64,000 bases of DNA, taken from Felis catus. Its lineage: Eukaryota. The stretch is taken from positions 23,934,001 through 23,998,000 of the forward strand of contig NC_058369.1 in assembly GCF_018350175.1 (NCBI RefSeq). The letters run 5' to 3'. The notes below the pieces were generated by a model. The model ran no database searches, had not been told where the DNA came from, and was given only the letters and a program-made list of their open reading frames with translations. This document shows, one piece after another, positions 26,611 through 37,495 of this stretch (the stretch's first letter is position 1; each line of letters starts with the position of its first letter). The position numbers and the translations under genes were made by a program.

Positions 26611-27615
26611 AAAAATTAGCAAGAGCTCCTTTCAGAAAGACAAGAACCTAAGCAAAAGTGGGAAGAAAGCAAGTACGAGCAGACTATGTGTGGAAAGGGA
26701 AATGTCCACAGACAGGCTAGATTTGAGGATGCTGGGGAATCTGTGATTACTGGAGCACATCAGCAACTGGAATGTTCACTTGAGCGGGAGAGAAAGGGGG
26801 AAGTATTAGCCAGTGGTGTGCTGGGATGCAAACAGAGCTGGCCCCCTTCCCTCTATGCCACAGCCCGGCAAGGAGGCGGCGGTTATAGGTGGAACATTAG
26901 CAGGAGACTAGTGTGAGCAGTTCATATGGTGCTTCACTTCTCTGCAAAAGGCTTGTGGGTTTCTTCAAAATCTGGGCCATCCATCCATGGGAGAGTACTG
27001 GGCATGTAAATGCCACTCATCATGCATGTGTTAGTGGGAAGAATCTAATGCAACTTTCTTCCCCAAACAGGAATTCCCTGTATAGCAGTCCTGGTGGATA
27101 CATTACCTAGCGATGGGAAACTCGATACCTTATGAGACGATATATTAAATGGCTTAAAGTGTCTTCCCTCCCCCATTCCTGAAATATTTTGAGCTTTTTG
27201 GCTGCAGTTTCAGTCCACTTGTCCTAATTCTGGTTTTTGGGAGGGGGCCCAGGTTTTTAGACATTTCTATGCAGTTATGCCCGCTATCTCTAGCTTACCT
27301 AGCCTAACCATTCTTTGTCTTCTCTACTGATCATTTTCTCCTTGTCTCCTCTATGTACCCCATCACACATGGGGTCATTGCAGTGTGTCAGGACTCCTCT
27401 AAGAGAATAATTCCCTGAACAGAGTCTGAATAATCCAAGTCTTCACATGTGTCCTTAACCTGCATTAAATACTATTTAAAAATAATACACTCCTATGTTG
27501 CCTTGATCTCTTAACATCTGCTGGGCAATGATGACTCATATTAAAATTTGCAATTGATTAAACTCATATCCTTGATGGCCAGTTTCCCCTCCATTTATAT
27601 ACTCACACATACGGC

Positions 27616-27628
27616 TGCGCGCGCGCGT

Positions 27629-27661
<33 letters not shown>
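27616..27661. repeat. (CG)n-(CA)n alternating purine-pyrimidine tract
   Basis: tgcgcgcgcgcgtgcacacacacacacacacacacacacacacacg. Confidence 0.95.
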
Positions 27662-27663
<2 letters not shown>

Positions 27664-27854
27664 ACGCGCAGCATGTGCATGCCAGAATTTTAATTCTAAG
27701 CATAAACTTCATTCTTTTCCTTACTGAATATTTGCTTTGACTTATCCTAACTAAATTTGGGTCTGTCATTCCATCCTGCTGAGATATTTCTCAATTCTAA
27801 TTATGTCTTCCATTGTTTTAGGTAACCTTCCCAGCTTTGAGCCATCACATTTTC

Positions 27855-28100
27855 TTAAAATTTTTTTTCAACGTTTTTATTTACTTATTTCTTTTTTTTT
27901 TTTTTTTTTTTTTGGAGGACAGAGAGAGACAGAGCATGAACGGGGGAAGGGCAGAGAGAGAGGGAGACACAGAATCGGAAACAGGCTCCAGGCTCGGAGC
28001 CATCAGCCCAGAGCCTGACGCGGGGCTGGAACTCACAGACCGCGAGATCGTGACCTGGCTGAAGTCGGACGCTTAACCGACTGCGCCACCCAGGCGCCCC
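27855..28100 (-). mobile_element. Young feline SINE (SINEC_Fc type) with perfect 16-bp TSD
   Basis: CpG-rich body. TSD GAGCCATCACATTTTC at 27839-27854 and 28101-28116. Confidence 0.97.
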
Positions 28101-28694
28101 GAGCCATCACATTTTCGAAAGTGTGTTTTCAAAGATCATATAATTGGGTCCATGTACATGCTGGAAGGACAGAGTCCAGCACTTCTGGCAATCTCTCTGT
28201 AGAGGTGACAGGATCCCCTAACCAACCTGCCTAGGGTGGAGTTGTTCAAACAGTAAGTTCATCCAAATGGACCACTGTTTAGTCCTTATTTCTGCATCTG
28301 GTCAAAAAAAAAAAAAAAAAAAAAAGGAGAGAAAGGAAAAAGGAAAAAAGAATACAAACTAATACAAATGCCTAGCTGAAATCCTGGTACCTTGTGTCTA
28401 TGGCATTCCCTCAACCTACCTTTATATTGATCTTATCAAAAAACAAAGTGAGCTTAGCATTTCTTAATCTTAGCAAACAAATAAAGAATCTTAGCAATTG
28501 CTGATTTTATTCCAGGTTTAACAAACCATAGATTGAATACTTGTTCTGGAATCTGGGTATGGATCAATTTCAAACTTACAGCACTTCATAAACACATATG
28601 CCTCTTAGGCATTTAGAAGTTAAATTCTGGAGGTGGGTAAAATTTAGAAAATCCTAAGAAAAAGGGAAGTTAGTTTCCCTATTCTTTAGGTGCT

Positions 28695-29159
28695 TTTATC
28701 CACTGCTGGCAGGATTGTAAACTACAAAAAACTTTCTCAAGGGCTATTTGATACTATGTATTAAAATTCAAAATATGCATGCCCTGGGGTAAAAGAGTCT
28801 CCTCTTGAAAAGAAAGTTAGACAGGTACACAGGGATGAAAAGGATAAAAGGATATTCACTGGGATGTTGATCACAGTAGCAATTAATGAGAAGTAAATAA
28901 AATGTTCATCTATCAGGATTTTGCTTAACAGATTGTTGAATAACCATTGTCATATAATGGAATCCTCAGAAACCATTCAAGAGTAATAGATATTTATATT
29001 CATCAGAAGGAAAAAATATCACAACATATAGTTGAATGGAAGGAGAAACAGATGGTAGAACAACATGTTCATATAAAATAAAATATAAATATAAATATCT
29101 ATATTTAAACACTTTTGCAGGTTTATATATGTATTCGTGTATATGGATACATACATACA

Positions 29160-29190
<31 letters not shown>

Positions 29191-29345
29191 GTGAAAAAGG
29201 CCCAGAAAGATGAACACTAAATATTGATGGTTATTGCCAAGTGCTTGGATTTCAGGGAGTTTACTTACTCCTTTATTCCTTTCTAAATTATTTGAATATT
29301 CAATAAATTATAGGAAATAAGAAATGAAACAATAAAAATGATTTC
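28695..29345 (+). mobile_element. Old L1 (L1ME/MC-like) 3' fragment containing (ATAC)n
   Basis: cactgctggcaggattgtaaactac..., gatattcactggg...aaatgttcatctatcagga..., (ATAC)n at ~29147-29188. Confidence 0.55.
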
Positions 29346-29639
29346 TCTCCTCCATATATTAAAATGCTGAGATATAAATTGTTTCTTCAATTAGAAGGAA
29401 ACAGGGTCAAAATCATTTTAGCTCAGGGGAATGGACTCCTGAGACTGAGGCTGTCTCAGTCCCTTGCAGTCCTCTGTTTCTGTGCACTTCGATAGTGCAG
29501 GGTTGAATGGAGCCCTGCCTTCTTGGCCACAGATCTCTTCCTTTCAGCCTGATCCTTTCAGATTCTAGCAAACTAACACAGCAACTTGCTTCACAAGAGG
29601 CATTTAACAAACCTGGCCCCTTTTAAATACTGACGAATT

Positions 29640-29849
29640 GGGGCGCCTGGGTGGCGCAGTCGGTTAAGCATCCGACTTCAGCCAGGTCACGATCTCGCGG
29701 TCCGTGAGTTCGAGCCCCGCGTCGGGCTCTGGGCTGATGGCTCCGAGCCTGGAGCCTGTTTCCGATTCTGTGTCTCCCTCTCTCTCTGCCCCTCCCCCGT
29801 TCATGCTCTATCTCTCTCTGTCCCAAAAATAAATAAACGTTGAAAAAAA
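29640..29849 (+). mobile_element. Young feline SINE (SINEC_Fc type) with perfect 14-bp TSD
   Basis: GGGGCGCCTGGGTGGCGCAGTCGGTTAAG... with Pol III A/B boxes (GAGTTCGAGCC). TSD AAATACTGACGAAT at 29625-29638 and 29850-29863, preceded by TTTT (L1 endonuclease-type site). Confidence 0.97.
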
Positions 29850-30748
29850 AAATACTGACGAATGCATGTACTTCACAACTGCATTGAGAGGCATGGCTGG
29901 GGCTGTGTAGCACAGCTGGTTGGAAGAGGGAAATCTCCCAAGTCCCTGTCAGGCTCTGAACCAGTGCACTACTGCCAAACTCAAGTCCTCCCCAAGAGCC
30001 CCGGAGCCCTCAGCTGGATCAAGTCACTGTCCATTTGAGTTCTGCCTCATGGGCCAAAGATTGGGTGTATCTCTTTGCTGGGTCTTTTCAAACTGGGAGA
30101 GTTAATAGTACAGCTCCAAGTTCAGGAAATTTCTTGTAATAATATGGCATTGCAGTAATGTATAGGCTAAAGTCATGCAAAAAATATTTGTCTCATTCCC
30201 ACACTCTAAAACTTGGTAATTATATAGAAGCTTGGACATTAAGGACCCAGACATAAAGGAGTGGGTTAAAAAGCATAATTATGGCTCAGAAACAGCATGA
30301 GCCTGGGGACATTTCAGGCCAGGTCCTACTCCACAAAACAAAACAAAAAACCCAGCACCCAAAATCAAATGGTGGGCCCTCTCTCTCTTTCCCATTTTGG
30401 GAAATAACCCATTAACAAAATAATGTACCATAATGATTATTTAGAAACAGACATGAGATGGAAACTGGCAGCAAAATGAAGTCTTTAGTTCTGGGATTTG
30501 AAGGTTAATGGCCCAAGGATCTCTCAGGTCCTGAAGCTTTATAGGACATTATTTGAAATTTGTGCTACAGAGGGAAAGACTTCAAGTTTCCATGTCTCAT
30601 AGGCTGTATAATTGAAAGAAGCTGTTATTTTATACTTGGTATGGTATTGGGGGGACATTAATAAAAGACCCAAGTCATTACTGGCAAACTATTCTTAAGT
30701 ATGCAGAAAACAAGAATATGCCCTGGGAGGTACCCAAGCTTCATCAAA

Positions 30749-31110
30749 CCCAAGGTTAGCACTCATAGGCAGAAATGACCCAGCAACCTAATCTCAGAAG
30801 CCATTCTATCATTAATCAAAATGCTGGTTCCAAACTTGTTTCGTGTCGACAGTTTTCATATCATAATCTCCCTTAAGAATACACAATAGCTCCCTATTGT
30901 CTTATGTATCACATAGAAACAGTTCAGTCGCTGGACAAGGCCAACCATTCCCTTTATTCCTCAACAATCCACCTCCTCCCTGCTGCATCCACAGAAACTC
31001 TCCCCAAAGATGGTCTCCAAAACCATGTACACACAGATTCATCTCTATCCTGGCCACTACTCTGAGATTAGGTTGCTGGGTCATTTCTGCCTGTGAGTGC
31101 TTACCTTGGG
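30749..31110. repeat. 50-bp inverted repeat (48/50 identity) with 262-nt spacer
   Basis: Left arm 30749-30798 is CCCAAGGTTAGCACTCATAGGCAGAAATGACCCAGCAACCTAATCTCAGA. The reverse complement of 31061-31110 is CCCAAGGTAAGCACTCACAGGCAGAAATGACCCAGCAACCTAATCTCAGA. Confidence 0.95.
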
Positions 31111-34100
31111 CCAGGAATGACCTCTTCTTACAAAGCCAGGTCCTACAGCCTCCATCATAGCTAGACCTCAAATGTAACCCATTAAAACAATTTCCATAAC
31201 TGGAAGTGTCCTGGAGAGTAAAGAAAACTAGAAGTGAAGTCAGAAGGCATTGTCAAGAGGTCAAAGTTAAGTCACTTAAGAGCTGTTTAACTACCAGAAA
31301 ATTATTCAACCTCTCTGATTTTGTGCAAAAGGCATCAGGAGGCTACTGGATACCAAAGGAGATTCTCTGAGCTCAGCCTGTGGCTTCTGATTCCTTTTTA
31401 TAGCCCAGGAATATCTGAAACAAGGATCAGATCTTCTATGGGCTCAATAAACTCTGTTGAGCAACTATCTCTCTTACCCATTATCATTGTGTGCCTGTGC
31501 TGACCAGCTTATCTCCACTCCCACACTCATTCCTGCTACATGGTCCCATCCCAGCCCCCAGGTACACCTCTTCTGGTGACAACTACAGCCAAAAACCATC
31601 ACGAATCTTGCCATTTATTTTATGTTTACAGTGCTTGAATCTGCAAGGCTGTCTATATAGAGAGAGTAAGCATTTGGATACCAAAAGATTCCCTCTTTGG
31701 GGGGTTGCTGACCTCCTTCATGAGATCAAATGCTGATCTGTCAATCACATCCATAAGCTTTTAGCGGCCTTTCCCTGAGTTTCTAAGGTGGAGTAGTTTG
31801 TAAGGCTGGTGGTAGAGTTGGTATTTGGTGAAGGTGGGCAAGAAGCTCACCACATACAAACAGTTTAGGATCTGCTGCTACAGTTAATATAACTATTTGA
31901 AACATTAAGACACACATAAATTGTTTTTGAGCATTTTGCCATGAGATAGCCAAAAACATTACAGAGAAGCAGAAGTTAAAATAATAATCTGTATTGTCTT
32001 TATAATTTTTTCATTTTCTTTCCCCTTCTAATTTGTGATCTTCCTTCTTTATCTCTGAGTCTATAAGGCACAGCATTAAGCATTTTGGGAGTTCCAAGCT
32101 GGGAATCACTGCATACTTGGAAAGTCCAATATTTACTATTTCTTCTCAATATGCCACTGCTGAAGAATAATCAGGAAAGGATTCTTTCTCCCTCCTTTTT
32201 AAATTTTCTTGCTTCCTACGAGATGCCTCCCCGAAGTCCTGGGAAGGCTACATGCCCATAAAGATCTTGGTATCAGTGAGTATGAAAACCAGCATACACA
32301 TATATCAACTCTGTCCCTGAATAAGTGTGTGGTTTTTATTTGGTTTGTTCCAGAAGCTCTTTCTTTGATTTGCATTTCAGCAGTGTGCAAGATCTGAGAA
32401 ACATGCTAACCTCCTGGCAAACTATCAGGAGAAAATTGCTTTAACTGGAGAATGAGGCCTCTTCTTTCCCAGAACTTTCTTTGCATTCTCTGAGTTTGAG
32501 AACAAAACGTAATACTTAAAAAACAAACAAACAAACAAAGGAATCAACAAACAAACAACAGAGGTTAGACCCAAGACTTTATCCCAGATGGTTGAAAGTA
32601 AGGAGAATAATTGCCTACAAATCAATCAACAGATTGAGCAGAGGGGGGAAAAGATGCTGTGCTGTTTCCTTGATCCCTATCTGGATTCCCAGAGTTCCAC
32701 GGAACATTCCAAAAGTAATTTGGCTTTTGTGCACAGTACACAGGGAGTAATGTTTTTCAACAGAATTTCATAAGGAGATGGGGGGATAATTTTGGGTCTT
32801 GCTCTCAGCAGAAGCTGAAAACTGGGTGTGGCTAAAGGACAACATCAGGCTTTTTTATGTGACCCCTCTTTTGAAAAACCACCCCAGAGATGAAAAATCA
32901 CCTGCCCTCACCTCACTGAGAATTCACGTGGATTTGCCTAAGAGAATTTCTGCTCATAAAAATCTGCAAAACAGATCTGTTAAAACAAACCTGTAATTAT
33001 GAACAGAACAAGAATTTCACTTAAATAATTTTGCAGCTTTAATACCAACTGATTCAATAACCCCCAAACCTGATCGGACTAGTCAAACTCGACAAGATTC
33101 AAGTCTCCTAAAGGTGGTTACTGAGCATGCATGACTGACCACCAAACTATGTGAGATACTGAAAAAAAAGAATAAAGAACAAGACAATGACTTCCAACCC
33201 AAGCAATGTAAAATACTCAACAATGGTTTTCCACATAAAACTGTTTGGCAGCAAACAGGGAGAGCCTATTGGCAAGTCTGTTTTTTGGACCAGATTCCAG
33301 AAATGGAAATTAAGTGACAGGATGTGCCCAAGGTCATGCATACGTGGGTGACCTGATAAAGGAATGTGGAATGCCTGAACTCCAGCCAATGTTAGCCCCT
33401 TCCACTTTGGAGGAAGAAGGACCAACAGTGAGAGGATGGTCTGTAAATTCTGTGGCTGTACCTGCGTCCTCACAGACTCTTTCCATGCTCAGCGGAGTTA
33501 TCATTAAACTAAAGCATCACACATCACTCTAAAATTTTCCTCAGAGAGAAATTATAGCTTTCTACTTCCTCAATTCTCTTGGTCTTGGTCAGAACATTAA
33601 TATTTGTTGGACAGCATGTTTTTAAGTGGGAAGATATTTTAAAAATCAAATATTCTGGTTTGTTTCAAAGAATATGTTCTCAGCTAAAGTCTGATGCTTT
33701 CTTCCTGTGGGGGTGAGCCACAGTTGGCCACGATTCACCAAAGTTTCCACCAGCTAACAATAAAAAATTATGTCCCATTCTAAAGAAACAAAAGAAAAAT
33801 TATAGTAAAGTTGTGCATTTCCTCTCCAGTCCCCGAAGACAATCTGAAGAACTGGCTCAACATGCCAAATTAAGCCATGAGAATTTATCCATATCTAATA
33901 AGGATTAGCAAATGCTACAACACTGAACATGGCCTTGACATAATTTATATTCCAACTTCTACGGCACTGGGTTCAGCGTGCTCTCATTCCAGCCCTGACA
34001 TAGGAGGATATGTTGAGCAGTCCTGTGATGTCCTCTGAGAATCCCAATCATGTGCACGACAAGCAGGAGGGCTCTTGTCGTGACAAAAGAAAGTTTCTTT

Positions 34101-36544
34101 ATACAGAAACAGTACCCTCAGAACCAGAACATGGTAACTAAGCTTAAATAACTAACTACCTAGGAGAGATGCAGGCATTTCTCCCCTTGAATCCAAGATA
34201 ATCATTCTGGAAGCAGAAAACCTGGTGATGGACCCTGTTTTGCCTCTTTCCAATGCTGGGTGTCCACCTGCAACTTGGAAAACTTTGGAAACAGTTCTAA
34301 GTTACATATTTGGAGTGTGGAAGATTAAGACTCCTGAACTTTGAGCTAGCCAGCTCCGATTGGGTCTGCTCCATTCCATTTCTCATCCATACTTGCCAAA
34401 AGCACAAAGAGGCAACTGGGACATTTGCTCATAGTATCTGCTATTAAGATAAATCAGCAACACTTAAGTGTCTTTTGTTCATAAAAAATAATCCCCTGGA
34501 GATCGTTCTTCCCATTCCAAAATATCAGCTTTTTGTTTCTCTGCCTCACCAAGGATTGCATCACTAGAAAGAAAGCTCAAGGACACAGAGGCTCTCCTTG
34601 AAGCCCAGTCTCATGTCAAGAAGCCTCAGACAAGCAAGTCTGGGGCTGAGAGGTCTGGGCACTCCCTTCCTTGGAAGGAACATGTCTGAACCCATACCAA
34701 ACTGGGTTCTTTCAAGGCAATGTCTGCACCTTCTGCATTACTTAGTTTTCTTCAAGGGTGAATCAGGGTCTGCCTCCTAAAAATGCAGAAGGCAGGGACT
34801 ATTTACAAACATTGTTACTCAAGTTCTTTTATCTTTGGTCAGGGGAACAAGTCATATGGGGTGTGGTTTGTGTCAATGGATTGTCACCAGAGACAATGCG
34901 GGACCATCATTCCTCAGCATTACCCTATGGAGAAGAATAAGATAGTCCTGTCTTTGCTTCTCAGAATTGAGATCAACATTCTTCACATTTGTGCAGCCCC
35001 TCAGGGATTTTTAAGACCTTTCCCCGAAGAAGATGCTTCATGGTAATGCTTCTTTGTGAGTTAGGTAGGAAATAAAATACCCATTTCTACAGGAAAATAA
35101 GTTGATCTGCTCACCATCATACAAGTAATAAATAGAGATGAGTCAGGATTACACAAGCCAAATGAGCAAACTGCAGAGCCTTCCTTCTTCCTTGTCTTTG
35201 AAATCTAGAATCCTCATATGCCCTGGTGGGAAAGATGTCAACAAAGATGGAAAACAAAGGGGCTGAGAGTGCTACCCCTACCGACAGATTCACTGAGGAC
35301 ATTCTTGACCTGAGCACCCACCAGCCCTGTGGTGACTTGGCTTCTCCATATGCAAACTAGGGATAATGATGTTTTTGTGAGGGCTGTAATAAAACAAAAA
35401 GTGCAACACTGTGCCTAGAATATCATTTGTTCAAGAGATGATAGCTGTGTTCACATACTACTGAACAATGCATCTCTCCTACTCAACTCTAGCCTCCGAG
35501 AAAGCAAATAATTGCCATTGTCATTTGTCTCAAAGTCCTTGGTGTAGATCAAGTACTCAATATACTGTATGTGAGAATGTACTGAAATTGTCTCTGACTA
35601 CCAAAAATGCAAGGAATGTAGAGTTCTGTTAGTTTATTCCCTTCATCTTGCAGATGGAGAAACTATGCCTGTAAGAGAGAAGCAAAATAAGTTGCCCCAA
35701 GTTTGTGAGTGTGTTAGGGTCAGAGCTAGGTGAGAACTCTGATCCCCACATCCATTCTCAGATCTTGCACCTTCTATTACCTGCTGAGGTGTCTTTTGTG
35801 TCTTGTGTTTAAATACTTTCTAGATGGCTGCTTGCTGTCAGATATCTCAGAGAGCACTGGCGCCCCAAATCCAAGAAAACTGATAACAGAAACTTCCTGG
35901 CCTTGTGACCTACACACCTGCTTCCTACCTGAGCATCCAAAGAGGCATTGGCACATCCAAGGCAGCCCATAGTAGGAAGGTTTCTGGTTGGCTTCTGAGC
36001 TGTGTTCGTAATTCTAGGTGTGCTGGGCCATAAGAGAGAGGAAATAAACCAGCCTCAAGATGACCAGTTAATCAGAGGTTTCTGGGGCATAAGAACTACC
36101 CTGGATTACAACCTTCTGAGCTGTCATTCTTGTTCAGCCCATTTTCATTGTTCCCTAAAATGACAGCCTTTCGGTCCAATCTGAATTTATTAACCACTTT
36201 GCACAATTCCATTTCCAGACTGTATCAAAGATCACCTGAACACAGATTTGCTGGCTATGTCTAACAGGCATTTCCCGATGACCGTATAAGGGCAAAGATA
36301 AGAGAGTGGGATTTTGGTTGTTGTGTATGTATTTTTAAAAAATAATCTCATCTAAACATTGGTGTTGTGGGGTTCTGGCTCCCCCACCTTGTCAACTCAG
36401 CAACTGCACTTCAGGCTCCAACCTGAGAAGAATAGATTCCAACTCTCCTGGCTGTAGTCTGTCCCCTCTGGGGACTCCCTCCCTCCACGTGACTCCACAT
36501 GACTCACCCCCACCCCCTACCTCCTTGCACATACTTGTTCAACA

Positions 36545-36815
36545 GGACCCTTTCACATGTCCTGAGAACACCCTATTCAAAGTCACCCTCCACACACCTC
36601 ATAGAACACCATCTTTATTTTCCCCCCACACCATTGATTGTTATTTAACATGGCATATATGTGATGTCTTTATTTTGTTTCTTGTTTGTGTCCTCTGCTA
36701 GAACACAAGCTCTCTAGGGGCAGGGAGTTTTGTGCTTTGCTCATTATGGTGTCCCCAGTGTCCAGAACAGTGTCTGGCACATAGTATGTGCTCAATAAGA
36801 TTTGCTGAATGAATT
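36545..36815 (+). mobile_element. L2 3' end
   Basis: ctagaacacaagctctctaggggcagggagttttgtgctttgctcatt...ccagtgtccagaacagtgtctggcacatagtatgtgctcaataagatttgctgaatgaat. Confidence 0.85.
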
Positions 36816-37089
36816 GCCTACTTCTTCCCATACCTACTCCCCTAAGAAGTTTTAAAAATCTCCCTCTGCCTCTCCCTCTCTGTATACTGGCCACTTGCAC
36901 TACTCAGAGTAATATTCTGCTCTGAATCTATGATTGGCATGTCATCAGAGTGTGGATTTGACAAACTTAACACAAATAACTGACAGTTTTGTAAAAACTT
37001 AGAAATGTTTGGACTTTGTAGGAGACAGCTATTTCTTCATTCTTTAAAATCCTTAAAACAACTATAACTCTACTATTTCAACTTTTGGG

Positions 37090-37495
37090 CACTAATCTTA
37101 AGACAAATAACAGAAAAAAAAGATTTATATACTGAGATGTTCATCAAGTATGATTATAAAAGTGAAAAACTAGAAACAAATTGAAAACCCAATAAGAGAA
37201 TAATAAAATTAAGTATGGCAATGATGGAAATCATACAACCAGGATATATGTTTTTGAAGGCTTTTAAGGACATGGGAAAATGTACAACATTAAATGTTTA
37301 TAAGGCTAAAAAAACTTTATTATGTAGTATGTCATGTCTTCGTTCAAATATGTATGTAGACAATGGAATGTAGGAAACTATAAATCTTAATGACAGTTAT
37401 TTCTGAATGGCTGGATTATGGGTGATTTTAGATTCTTATTTACATTTTTCTAAGTTTCTATAAAGAGCATATATCATTTTTATGATAAAACATTT
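37090..37495 (+). mobile_element. Old L1 (L1ME/MC-like) 3' fragment
   Basis: gatgttcatcaagtatgattataaaagtgaaaaactagaaacaa... aatgacagttatttctgaatggctggattatgggtgatttt. Confidence 0.55.

Noticed and set aside
29640..29720. tRNA gene (A/B boxes)
   Set aside because: It is the tRNA-derived head of a Can-SINE, continuing into the SINE body and A-tail with a TSD.
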